A stretch of DNA of 64,000 nucleotides from a virus. Position 1 is the first letter of the stretch. Each line of letters begins with the position of its first letter. The notes beneath the pieces were generated by a model. The model made no database searches and had not been told where the DNA came from. It worked only from the letters and a program-made list of their open reading frames with translations. Shown piece after piece: positions 8,118-16,996 of this stretch. The translations under genes were made by a program, and so were the position numbers. Location: IMG/VR virus record IMGVR_UViG_3300032285_004073, positions 1-64,000 of that record. The stretch is one strand, 5' to 3'.

Positions 8118-9260
8118 ATGTTCGACTTCTGGCCAAAAGAAAAAACTGTTGATGAATCTACAAACATTGTAGATAAGAATTCTAATGTATATCCAAGCTG
8201 GTCTTGGTCAACAACTATTAAGGATGCTAATGGTAATGACATGACAGTAAATCAGTTAATTACAAAGTACAATACTCTTTTGAATGAGAATAAAATCCTA
8301 AGAGAGGAACTAGAGTCCATTGAAGAGGATGGAACTGTAGAACATAATAATGCAATAGAACTTAGACAAAAATGGTTGGCTGCAGAAGCAACAGCTGCAG
8401 CTTATAAAGAAGATTCAGAAACTATGGCAGCAGCTGTAAATGCTCATAAAGATGAAAATGTTAAATTAGTAGAAAAAATTAAAAAGCTTGAAGATGAGAA
8501 TCTCGAAAATCAAAATGGTAATAAGAATTGGATGAATCTTTATCAAGAAGTAGTGGACAAAAATCGTGAGCTGCTAAAAAACAATAATAGGTTGACTGTT
8601 GATTATAATGCTTTGCTCAACAAAGGTGGTCTGAAGTATATGGAAGCAAAGTTTCAGGCTGTACAAAATGATTGTGATAAATACTCTAAAGAAAGAGATG
8701 AGTATAAGCATCAGCTCAATGCAGCTAATAAAGAGATTGAAGCTTTGAAGAAGGAAAAGAAAGAATCATTTGAGATCCTTAAAAAGACTATTGAAGATGA
8801 GTCAGATAGGTCTGATAAATTGGCATCAACATATACTAATACATGGATTAATTTAGAGACAGCTAATAAAGAAATTGATAAGTTAAATAGACTTATTGGA
8901 GAATATAAAAAAGTTCTTGATAGAATGGAAGCAGAGAAAGGGAAATTAAAGCAGGATATTTATGATGAATATAAGCACTATATCGATGGTCTCAACAGGC
9001 GAATTGATGAATTAAAGGCAGCTAATGAAGAGATTGATAAGCTTACAAAAGAAGGTTTAGAAAAGAAACAAAAGCATCCTATGTACCCTATTCATTGGGG
9101 AGGCTGGGATGGAGCAGCATCAGCACATCCTGAAGAATATAAAAAGTGGTTAAATGAACAAAAAGATAAAGCTGTAGCTGAATCTTTACCTGATGACCTC
9201 GAAACAAGAGTGAAAAGGCTTGAAAAGGTTGTAGAAGAGCTTAAAATTATTAAAAATTAA
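8118..9260 (+). CDS. Long coiled-coil protein with internal repeats
   Basis: Heptads; repeats AANKEIEAL, TANKEIDKL, AANEEIDKL; promoter TTGACT 8083-88/TATAAT 8105-10. Confidence 0.75.
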   Translation: MFDFWPKEKTVDESTNIVDKNSNVYPSWSWSTTIKDANGNDMTVNQLITKYNTLLNENKILREELESIEEDGTVEHNNAIELRQKWLAAEATAAAYKEDSETMAAAVNAHKDENVKLVEKIKKLEDENLENQNGNKNWMNLYQEVVDKNRELLKNNNRLTVDYNALLNKGGLKYMEAKFQAVQNDCDKYSKERDEYKHQLNAANKEIEALKKEKKESFEILKKTIEDESDRSDKLASTYTNTWINLETANKEIDKLNRLIGEYKKVLDRMEAEKGKLKQDIYDEYKHYIDGLNRRIDELKAANEEIDKLTKEGLEKKQKHPMYPIHWGGWDGAASAHPEEYKKWLNEQKDKAVAESLPDDLETRVKRLEKVVEELKIIKN

Positions 9261-9267
9261 AACATAT

Positions 9268-10050
9268 TTAATGTATAAATTTTTTAACTTGTTTGTCTAT
9301 ATCATCTTGTAACAATATACATTTTGGTTTTAATTCATCAAAATTAAAACATTCCCCTTTAAATGTAAGTTTAAAATTTTTACTGTTTTTTACTTTTTGT
9401 ATTATTTTATCAAATTGTATATATGTTGAAATGTCTTTAAGATGTAAAGTTATTAATTTTTTATAATCTACAGTTTGAGATACCACATCTACGAGTCTAT
9501 ACATATAAGGTATTGTAATTGTGTTAATTTTATTAACATATAAATTATTAAATTTATTAATATTATATACCAAAGATATATCACTATGTTTTGTATCTCT
9601 GATTTTAAATTCATTATCAATAATAAACTTGCCTAATACTTTAAAAGTTTTTGCATTCATAAGAATTCCACTACCCCCATAGAGATGAAATTCATTTTTA
9701 CCGGCAATTTTAACTTTATTACCAAATACTTCTAAACTATCATTGTCAAGTTCACTAATATAATTTAATAAATTTGGTATATTAACAAAAGTATCATCAT
9801 CACCTATAAAATACCAATCAAAATCACTATCCTTATGATAATCAAATATTTTTAAAGTTTTATCTATACAGGACAGATAATCATCCGTATCAGATAATTT
9901 AACAATTGGTATATCATCAAATTGATCAAATCCACTTATTAGGTAAAAGTTGGAATTTTTATCTATATTTTTTTTTATATATTTGTATAATCCTCTTGTT
10001 CTTTGTTCGTGCAGATCTCTGCACACCATAAAATTGTAACAAATTTTCAT
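9268..10050 (-). CDS. Fringe/GT31-like glycosyltransferase
   Basis: WYFIGDDDTFVN (DxD), YGGSGIL, HSDISL and TLHLK motifs; very AT-rich. Confidence 0.8.
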   Translation of the reverse strand: MKICYNFMVCRDLHEQRTRGLYKYIKKNIDKNSNFYLISGFDQFDDIPIVKLSDTDDYLSCIDKTLKIFDYHKDSDFDWYFIGDDDTFVNIPNLLNYISELDNDSLEVFGNKVKIAGKNEFHLYGGSGILMNAKTFKVLGKFIIDNEFKIRDTKHSDISLVYNINKFNNLYVNKINTITIPYMYRLVDVVSQTVDYKKLITLHLKDISTYIQFDKIIQKVKNSKNFKLTFKGECFNFDELKPKCILLQDDIDKQVKKFIH

Positions 10051-10102
10051 TATTGTTAAAAATATTTATTGGCAATATTTAAAATATACACTACAATATA
10101 GT

Positions 10103-10333
10103 ATGCCTAAAGTTACAATAGAGTTTAATCTACCAGATGAACAGTCAGAATTTGAAGAAATTAATAATGCTGGAAAGTATTATTCTGTTCTTTGGGATCT
10201 TGATCAGTTCTTGAGAAACAAAACCAAGTATGCTACTGATGAAGTTTCTAAGGAAGAAGTTAATGCTTGTTATGCTTTGAGAGATGAGCTCTGGAGATTA
10301 CTCGGAGAGTATAATCTTGACTTAAACAAATGA
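10103..10333 (+). CDS. Hypothetical phage protein
   Basis: 76-aa ORF with its own sigma70-like promoter. Confidence 0.7.
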   Translation: MPKVTIEFNLPDEQSEFEEINNAGKYYSVLWDLDQFLRNKTKYATDEVSKEEVNACYALRDELWRLLGEYNLDLNK

Positions 10334-10872
10334 AGCCTATTGTTGTTTGGATTACAGGGTTGTCTGGAGCTGGTAAAACAACTCTAGCTAAATCTCTCCA
10401 GAATTTACTCAAAGATAATCACCGTGTCGGACTAATAGATGGAGACGATATTAGAGCTAGACACGATAAACCAAAAGGGTTTGACATGAAGAGCAGAGAG
10501 AGTGTGGTGTATGAAGCTATCTATATGGCTAAGAATATGCTAACATTTCAGAAGGCTAATGTTATTATTGTTGCGATGATCTCTCCTCTTCAGTCAATGA
10601 GAAATGAAGCGCGTAAGATTCTTACAACATATTCGGATGTACGATTTATTGAAGTTTATTTGGATGTACCGCTTGATATTTGCGAGCATCGCGATCCAAA
10701 AGGACTGTACGCAAAAGCGCGTGCTGGTGAAATAACAAACTTTACTGGGATTGATTCAATTTACGAACCAGCAATCAATGCTGAAATTCATATTCCATTT
10801 AATTATTCAGTTGAATTATCAACACAAATGATATATCATGCTATCTATGAAGAAAACACTACAACCGACTAA
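10330..10872 (+). CDS. cysC: Adenylylsulfate (APS) kinase
   Basis: VWITGLSGAGKTT, DGDDIR, CEHRDPKGLYAKARAGEITNFTGIDSIYEP. Confidence 0.95.
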   Translation: MKPIVVWITGLSGAGKTTLAKSLQNLLKDNHRVGLIDGDDIRARHDKPKGFDMKSRESVVYEAIYMAKNMLTFQKANVIIVAMISPLQSMRNEARKILTTYSDVRFIEVYLDVPLDICEHRDPKGLYAKARAGEITNFTGIDSIYEPAINAEIHIPFNYSVELSTQMIYHAIYEENTTTD

Positions 10873-11353
10873 TGATCTCTTTATTCAATTTACGGAAGAT
10901 GAACTTAAAACCCTTAATATTGAACCTGGGGATAAATTTGATTTTAAATTACAAAATGATGGATCAGTTAAACTTGAAAAATATGTTAAATTGGAACTAG
11001 ATATGGAAGAATGGCCAAGGGAAGCCCTTGAATATATTATTAAAGAATCCTGTGAGCAGGATATTACAGTTAATGACATTATTGTCAATTTACTAGAAAA
11101 GGCTGTCAGAAATCTTAAAGATAATAACCTTAAGAGCGAATATGGTTATACAGAATGTGAGGCAGTTCTCCCCACGGCCTGGAATAACGGAAACACATAT
11201 TCCACAGATAATTTGCCTTCTTATGGTTTTAGTAATTTGGCAGACAGTTCATCATTTAAAATGTGTCCGTCATGTTATAATAGCGATACAAGTATTGCTG
11301 GAGATTATAGGAATGAATATAAAATTGAAAATGACATGCTTTACAATGGATGA
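10838..11353 (+). CDS. Protein with AbrB/SpoVT-like N-terminal DNA-binding domain
   Basis: LFIQFTEDELKTLNIEPGDKFDFKLQNDGSVKL pattern. Confidence 0.55.
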   Translation: MLSMKKTLQPTNDLFIQFTEDELKTLNIEPGDKFDFKLQNDGSVKLEKYVKLELDMEEWPREALEYIIKESCEQDITVNDIIVNLLEKAVRNLKDNNLKSEYGYTECEAVLPTAWNNGNTYSTDNLPSYGFSNLADSSSFKMCPSCYNSDTSIAGDYRNEYKIENDMLYNG

Positions 11354-11979
11354 AAAATAATATTGTAAGTATTATTATGAATAAATTTGCTATCTTATTT
11401 TTATCCGTTTTTTTATTGAGTGGGTGCTTGCCCAAATATATAGAAAAACAATCTGAGCCTTTAAAACAAGCTGTCTATGGAGTTAATGATTCTTTGGATA
11501 AAGGTAGAATTGATTTGGCATGGTATTATTCCAATGAAACAACAAAATTAGTAAATCCTCCCAGTATTAGACTTGATGTTAAAAGTTTATATCAAACGGT
11601 TGATGTGAAGAAAACACCAACTGGACAAAGAGTTGTTGTTTTGCCGGAACAACTTAAAGGTGATAAGGTTATAGTTGTTAATACAGATGACTATAAAGAA
11701 TTGATAAAAAATAAAGAAATTGCAAAACAACTACAATCAGAAATTACCGAAAAGGATAAATTTACAAAAAATATAATTGAACAACAACAAAAAAATGAAA
11801 AGATTCAATCAGATCTATTAAATTCTTATAATAATGCAAAATTAAAAATTTCGGAAAAAGATTCATCTATATGGTATAGAAATTTTGTAATTCTTGGATT
11901 ATTGGTTTTAATTGGTGGTTATATTGGTTTAAGGGTGGCCATATCATATGGTAAAATGTCTCTACCTTTTATAATCTGA
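11350..11979 (+). CDS. Lipoprotein with C-terminal TM; candidate unimolecular spanin
   Basis: MNKFAILFLSVFLLSG-C lipobox (probable start 11377), coiled coil, C-terminal TM FVILGLLVLIGGYIGL; adjacent to holin and endolysin. Confidence 0.65.
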   Translation: MKNNIVSIIMNKFAILFLSVFLLSGCLPKYIEKQSEPLKQAVYGVNDSLDKGRIDLAWYYSNETTKLVNPPSIRLDVKSLYQTVDVKKTPTGQRVVVLPEQLKGDKVIVVNTDDYKELIKNKEIAKQLQSEITEKDKFTKNIIEQQQKNEKIQSDLLNSYNNAKLKISEKDSSIWYRNFVILGLLVLIGGYIGLRVAISYGKMSLPFII

Positions 11980-11995
11980 GGTAAATACTTCTGTC

Positions 11996-12460
11996 ATGTG
12001 GCAGAATATTCTTAATATAGGTCAAACCGTTAGTGCTTTTCTTACAAATGGAAAGGCACCGCCAAATACTCCACCTGAATTGGAGAAGAAGATGGAAGAC
12101 ACGAACCATCTTGCATCTAAAAAGTTTTTTGTAATCTTTTCAGCAATTATTATGATTGTGATTATGTTTTTAATGGCAGTTGGTTTTCTTTTTCTTATTC
12201 CAACAGATCATGATTTTGTAGTAACAGCGTATTCTACCATATTCACAAAAATCATAGAAATATTTGGGTTAGTCATATCGGTTTATATAGGCGCACAGGG
12301 TCTTGTTGACTTGAAATATAATAGTTCATCTAGTGCAAGTGTAGCAGGAGAAGCAGACAGTGAAACAACCAAAGAAGAAAAAGATGTTAATATAAATGAA
12401 ACTATATTAACAAACAATGCAAAGGAAGATGACTATAACATTTCGGAGGTAGAAATATGA
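11996..12460 (+). CDS. Holin-like protein (two TMs)
   Basis: Two TM helices, acidic C-terminal tail, directly upstream of the endolysin; TAAATA motif. Confidence 0.65.
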   Translation: MWQNILNIGQTVSAFLTNGKAPPNTPPELEKKMEDTNHLASKKFFVIFSAIIMIVIMFLMAVGFLFLIPTDHDFVVTAYSTIFTKIIEIFGLVISVYIGAQGLVDLKYNSSSSASVAGEADSETTKEEKDVNINETILTNNAKEDDYNISEVEI

Positions 12461-13068
12461 AACAACCAAGTTCAAAAGCATTATCACTTATTTTAGAATA
12501 TGAAGTAGGTGGAGGAAAAACCTATTATGAAAAACATTTAACAAAACCTGAATGGCCCGGTGGTGCTAGTGGGTTTACTTTAGGGATTGGTGTTGATTGT
12601 GGTTATTATTCACCAACTGAACTTGAAAAGTTGTTTCATTTTTTACCAAAAGATCAATTAGAAATAATTAAGGGTGCATCTGGCAAAACAGGACAAGCTG
12701 GTAAAGATTATACTAAAAAACATAAAGATAGCGGAATTGCTGTAACCTGGGATCAAGCAATCGAAATGTTTGATAATCTCATTTGGTCTAAGTTTGCTAG
12801 GTTAGCAGAAAAGGCTTTTCCTGGTTTAGACCAATTATGTGATGATGCTTATGGAGCTATTGTTTCTTTAGTATTTAATAGAGGGTCTTCTCTATCCGGC
12901 GACAGTCGCTTGGAAATGCGTAATATTCGAGATTTAGTACCAAAGAAAGATTATAAAGGTATAGCGGCAGAACTAAGAAAAATGAAGAGAATATGGAAAG
13001 GTAAGGGTTTAGATGGTTTACTAGAAAGAAGAGAAGCAGAAGCTAAACTTGTAGAAACTTGCACATAA
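12457..13068 (+). CDS. Endolysin, GH24/pesticin-like muramidase
   Basis: LILEYEVG, PGGASGFTLGIGVDCG, AIVSLVFNRG, GLLERREAEA. Confidence 0.9.
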   Translation: MKQPSSKALSLILEYEVGGGKTYYEKHLTKPEWPGGASGFTLGIGVDCGYYSPTELEKLFHFLPKDQLEIIKGASGKTGQAGKDYTKKHKDSGIAVTWDQAIEMFDNLIWSKFARLAEKAFPGLDQLCDDAYGAIVSLVFNRGSSLSGDSRLEMRNIRDLVPKKDYKGIAAELRKMKRIWKGKGLDGLLERREAEAKLVETCT

Positions 13069-13331
13069 TGGATTTAAAAGATGTATATTCAAAACAAGTT
13101 AAAAAAACCTCTGTATCCAGTCATGGATTAGGATTTGGTAATAATTTCCCTTCTATAGAGAAGGACCCTATTATTAATCAATTAGAAATTGATGTAATGA
13201 GACAATTAGCTAGTTTAATGCCAAAAGAAGAAATTCCTATAAAGTCTGCTTCTCCTAGTATCAAAATTTTATCTCCAGAAGATGCATTAAAAGAGTTGAT
13301 TGAAATGGAAAAAAATATGAAAATAAAATAA
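13068..13331 (+). CDS. Hypothetical protein (track starts at 13059)
   Basis: TAATG coupling to the endolysin stop; MDLKDVYSKQV. Confidence 0.55.
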   Translation: MDLKDVYSKQVKKTSVSSHGLGFGNNFPSIEKDPIINQLEIDVMRQLASLMPKEEIPIKSASPSIKILSPEDALKELIEMEKNMKIK

Positions 13332-13624
13332 TGAATTATTTTGAAATAAACGAAAAATTAAAAGAAGAATTGTGTTTGAATCACAAGGCCTTTTTTGCCA
13401 AAACTATATTTCTTTCGGCTGGCGCCGTTATATTGCCAGAACCCTTTTATGAAACTACCGTACTATGGGAAAAGGATGAAGACATGAATGTTATTAAAAA
13501 TGCATATAAAATTGTTAGAAAATATCAAAAAAAATTAAAAGAGCAAATGACCGAAGCTATTTTTGAATATAACACCGGTCATCCAGCATTGGTTTGGGCC
13601 ACTTTTACACAAGAGGAGACCTGA
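13331..13624 (+). CDS. Hypothetical protein
   Basis: 97-aa ORF coupled to the upstream stop. Confidence 0.6.
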   Translation: MNYFEINEKLKEELCLNHKAFFAKTIFLSAGAVILPEPFYETTVLWEKDEDMNVIKNAYKIVRKYQKKLKEQMTEAIFEYNTGHPALVWATFTQEET

Positions 13625-13647
13625 ATAGTATAAGTAAATAATATCAG

Positions 13648-14043
13648 ATGAATAGTTACACCCCTGATCAAAATAGTGATAAATTTATAGAAAAATTAAA
13701 CGTATTTGAGCAAAGACATCGCCCATTTATTAATTTAATTATTAAACCTTTATTAACAGTTACTTTATTTTTAGCAGTGGGGTATTACACTATGTGGATG
13801 TCTACTACATATGTTAAACAGGATAATTTTAGAACTTATACAGAAAAACAAGACGAAATTTTTAAAAACCGATTTGAAGTAACTCAATCAAAATTAGAGA
13901 CTATTATTAATAATCAAACAGCATTTGCTGAACAATTAAAATCCTACAATCAACTTTCAAGCATTTTCCAAAAACAATTAGACAATTTAAATGATAAAGT
14001 AACATATTTGGAAAGACAGACATCAGTAAAAAATTCAAATTAA
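13648..14043 (+). CDS. Single-TM coiled-coil membrane protein
   Basis: TM LIIKPLLTVTLFLAVGYYTMW; TAAATA upstream. Confidence 0.65.
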   Translation: MNSYTPDQNSDKFIEKLNVFEQRHRPFINLIIKPLLTVTLFLAVGYYTMWMSTTYVKQDNFRTYTEKQDEIFKNRFEVTQSKLETIINNQTAFAEQLKSYNQLSSIFQKQLDNLNDKVTYLERQTSVKNSN

Positions 14044-14044
14044 T

Positions 14045-14176
14045 ATGAAATTTGACGCAAAAATATCTACTATACTAAACGAAATACATTGTTGGAAAGG
14101 TTTTAAAAAAGTAGGTATGAAGAAGAAAAATGGTAAAATGGTTAATGATTGCCGAAAAATAAAAAAGAAAAAATAA
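14045..14176 (+). CDS. Small basic protein with CWKG..KVGMKKK.GKMV..C motif (not in the track)
   Basis: MKFDAKISTILNEIHCWKGFKKVGMKKKNGKMVNDCRKIKKKK*. Confidence 0.7.
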   Translation: MKFDAKISTILNEIHCWKGFKKVGMKKKNGKMVNDCRKIKKKK

Positions 14177-14177
14177 T

Positions 14178-14375
14178 ATGCCATATAAAATAAGAAAAGT
14201 AACAGCAAATGGTAAAACCGGATATAAAGTTTGTAAAACAACAGGTGGTAAATGTTTTAGTAAAAAACCACTTTCAAAGAAAAAAGCTCAAGCACAAAGA
14301 GCTGCTATTGCAATTCATACACATGAATCTTCAAGCCCTTCTTTAATTAAACTTATAGAAGATGCTTTGAAATAA
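14178..14375 (+). CDS. Small basic protein
   Basis: MPYKIRK...GKCFSKKPLSKKKAQAQRAAI. Confidence 0.7.
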   Translation: MPYKIRKVTANGKTGYKVCKTTGGKCFSKKPLSKKKAQAQRAAIAIHTHESSSPSLIKLIEDALK

Positions 14376-14579
14376 TATATTAGCATAGTAAATAAATTTG
14401 TGAAAAATAAAAGATACTGTTATCGTAATGGAGTCATATTAACTAATAATTGTGATCCACTTTTAAAAGGACAAGTAGTGGAAATCGTTAACGAAACAGT
14501 AGATTCTTATATGGTTAGGGTTTGTTGTAATAGCCCTGTATATACATTAAACAAAAAAGATGTTTTGGTGAATTAAGGG

Positions 14580-15011
14580 TTGATTTATCCTCATATTTTA
14601 TCATATATTTTATATATGATTCATGTAGCACTAGCAAACATTGAAAGTCAAGTCATTAAAGGTATGGTGCTCGAAGCTCCTCCTAATTCCATTGCTTATG
14701 ATGAATATGACAGACCTGTATTGATTGAACAAGGAGCTATCTTTAAGATTACACATAATAATCGTATAGGTATTAATCGTTATCGAATTAATTTAGTAGA
14801 TATTAAAACCGGAGAGAAAAGATATCAAATGAATTATGGCATAGGTAAAAATAAAAAAGGCAATCCTGTATGGTCTCGTAGAAAAGATTTAGAAAATCCA
14901 GAAGATATTCCTCTTTGTTATTCTCTAAAAACTAAAAATCCTCTTTTTAGAAAAGTCCCAGGAGAAAAAAGATATGTCTATACTAAATTAGATACACCTA
15001 TTAGATTCTAG
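14580..15011 (+). CDS. Hypothetical protein
   Basis: 143-aa ORF; start uncertain. Confidence 0.55.
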   Translation: MIYPHILSYILYMIHVALANIESQVIKGMVLEAPPNSIAYDEYDRPVLIEQGAIFKITHNNRIGINRYRINLVDIKTGEKRYQMNYGIGKNKKGNPVWSRRKDLENPEDIPLCYSLKTKNPLFRKVPGEKRYVYTKLDTPIRF

Positions 15012-15013
15012 AC

Positions 15014-15087
15014 GCCCGGTTAGTTTAATGGTAAAACGGTTGATTTGTAATCATCAAACAAGAGTTCGATTCTCTTACTGGGCTCCA
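15014..15087 (+). tRNA. trnT: tRNA-Thr(TGT)
   Basis: GCCCGGT/ACTGGGC acceptor, loop TT-TGT-AA, TTCGATT T-loop, CCA encoded. Confidence 0.95.
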
Positions 15088-15091
15088 TTTT

Positions 15092-16102
15092 TTGTATTAT
15101 ATGAAAGCTAAAATTGTTGGTTGTGGTTTATCAGGGATAACATCAGCTATTCTTCTCAAAGAAAGGGGATATGATATAACCATATATGACACTAGAAATC
15201 ATATAGGTGGTAATTGTTATGATAGTAATCTTTGTGGTACATTAGTTCATAATTACGGTCCTCATCTTTTTCATACAAATGACGAAGAAGTATTTAATTT
15301 TTTGAGTCGTTATACTAGTTGGTTTCAATATCTAAACAAACCAAAAGGTAATACAGAACTTGGGTTACTTTCTCTTCCTTATAGCAAAAAGACTGTAGAA
15401 GAACTTGGAAGAGAATTGTCACAGGAAGAAATTGTTGATGTAATCTTTAGAGATTATTCAGAAAAACAATGGGGTGTTAAATTTGAAGAAATTCCTAAAT
15501 CTATTACTAATCGAGTACCTAAAACTAAAGATTGTGAGGACCCTACTTGGTATGAAGGAGAGAAATATCAATGTCTTCCTAAGGATGGTTATACGAAGAT
15601 GATGGAGCGAATGTTGGAAGGTATTGAAGTTGTTCTTGGTTGTGACTGTGATTATTGGAGGTATGCAGAGGAAGCAGATTTAACCATTTATACAGGTAAG
15701 ATTGATGAATATTTTGATTTTTGTTATGGAAGGCTTCCTTATAGAAGTTTGGATTTTAAACATAAAACAAGTAATACAAAACTAGATTGTGGAATTATAA
15801 ATCAGAATAACAAAACTAATAAATTTACTAGAATTTATGATCATAGCTATTTTAATTATGAACATAAAGGACCTACAATAATAACTCAGGAATATCCAAA
15901 AGATTGTAGTGATAATGATATTCCTTTCTATCCGGTTCCTTGGGGTGAAGGATTACAAATATACGCAAAATATAAAGAACTTGCAGATAAGGAAAAAAAT
16001 GTCATCTTTTTAGGGAGATTAGCAACTTATACCTATTTGGATATGTGGATGTCGGTCAAACAAGCTATATTAAAAATTAGTAGTAATATACCCCAAGTTT
16101 AA
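15092..16102 (+). CDS. glf: UDP-galactopyranose mutase
   Basis: GCGLSG, RNHIGGNCYD, YGPHLFHT, PKDGYTKM, LPYRSL, PFYP, GRLATYTYLDM. Confidence 0.95.
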   Translation: MYYMKAKIVGCGLSGITSAILLKERGYDITIYDTRNHIGGNCYDSNLCGTLVHNYGPHLFHTNDEEVFNFLSRYTSWFQYLNKPKGNTELGLLSLPYSKKTVEELGRELSQEEIVDVIFRDYSEKQWGVKFEEIPKSITNRVPKTKDCEDPTWYEGEKYQCLPKDGYTKMMERMLEGIEVVLGCDCDYWRYAEEADLTIYTGKIDEYFDFCYGRLPYRSLDFKHKTSNTKLDCGIINQNNKTNKFTRIYDHSYFNYEHKGPTIITQEYPKDCSDNDIPFYPVPWGEGLQIYAKYKELADKEKNVIFLGRLATYTYLDMWMSVKQAILKISSNIPQV

Positions 16103-16248
16103 ACTAAGTATATATGTGCTTGATCCTCTAGAAGCTGCTATGACGGGGGTTTTGCTTTTTCCTTTTGTAATTTGTTATATTTTTTTTAAATATCTCTACA
16201 AATTTTTTCTTGCTATCTTGTATAAAATAACATAATATACCTATAGAT

Positions 16249-16320
16249 GTCGCCATCGTCTAAAGGTTAGGACACGCGGTTTTCATCCGTGTAATAGGGG
16301 TTCAATTCCCCTTGGCGATG
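16249..16320 (+). tRNA. trnE: tRNA-Glu(TTC)
   Basis: GTCGCCA/TGGCGAT acceptor, loop TT-TTC-AT; CCA not encoded. Confidence 0.92.
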
Positions 16321-16334
16321 CTAAATATTTTAAA

Positions 16335-16421
16335 GGAAGTGTACTCAAGCGGTTTACGAGAGCTGTTTACTAAACAGCCGAGCCTTTATCGGCTCCGTGG
16401 GTTCGAATCCCACCACTTCCT
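16335..16421 (+). tRNA. trnS: tRNA-Ser-type with anticodon ACT
   Basis: GGAAGTG/CACTTCC acceptor, stem GCTGT/ACAGC with loop TT-ACT-AA (16367-73), long variable arm GAGCC/GGCTC, U73; CCA not encoded. Confidence 0.9.
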
Positions 16422-16426
16422 TATAA

Positions 16427-16501
16427 GCACGGAAAGCTAATCGGTTAGGCAAGGGTCTGCAAAACCCTTTATGGTGAGTTCGACTCTCACTCCGTGCTCC
16501 A
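16427..16501 (+). tRNA. trnC: tRNA-Cys(GCA)
   Basis: GCACGGA/TCCGTGC acceptor, loop CT-GCA-AA, U73, CCA encoded. Confidence 0.95.
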
Positions 16502-16507
16502 TTTTAA

Positions 16508-16595
16508 GGAGGGATGTCTGAGCGGTTTAAAGAGTTAGTCTTGAAAACTAAAGTACTGAAAAGTACCGTGGGTTCGAATCCCACTCCCTCTTCCA
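16508..16595 (+). tRNA. trnS: tRNA-Ser(TGA)
   Basis: GGAGGGA/TCCCTCT acceptor (G1.U72), loop CT-TGA-AA, long variable arm, U73, CCA encoded. Confidence 0.93.
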
Positions 16596-16636
16596 TTTTT
16601 CTTGATAAATACTAAAAATCTTATATTATACATTTA

Positions 16637-16709
16637 CGGGATGTAGCCCAATGGTTAAGGCGCCTGGTTTGGGACCAGGAGATTCCGAGTTCGAGTCTCG
16701 GCATCCCGA
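16637..16709 (+). tRNA. trnP: tRNA-Pro(TGG)
   Basis: CGGGATG/CATCCCG acceptor, loop TT-TGG-GA; CCA not encoded. Confidence 0.95.
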
Positions 16710-16754
16710 TTTTTTCTTATTTAAGCAGACTGTGGTTGGGTAAATATATGTACC

Positions 16755-16991
16755 ATGGAAGTTACTATACAAGAAGCACAAGTAATCACTATTCAGGAAC
16801 CTATAGTGATAGAGGATGTAAGAGATTTATTTACCAGACAGCGTATTATTGCTAAAATCAAAGGATTGCCTCGTTATATCACCCTTTGGGATGGACCTGA
16901 AGAATATGAAGCTGCTGGAAATTGGACAAATGATTCTGCTTTAATTAGAGCCAAAGAAGTACTTTCTGTTTCACCTATTGTCTGGGGTTAA
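16755..16991 (+). CDS. Hypothetical late protein
   Basis: 78-aa ORF; TAAATA upstream. Confidence 0.65.
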   Translation: MEVTIQEAQVITIQEPIVIEDVRDLFTRQRIIAKIKGLPRYITLWDGPEEYEAAGNWTNDSALIRAKEVLSVSPIVWG

Positions 16992-16996
16992 TTTTT

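Noticed and set aside
16367-16373. Reading the loop TTACTAA as an amber suppressor (CTA)
   Set aside because: A perfect 5-bp stem and 7-nt loop with U33 fix the anticodon as ACT.
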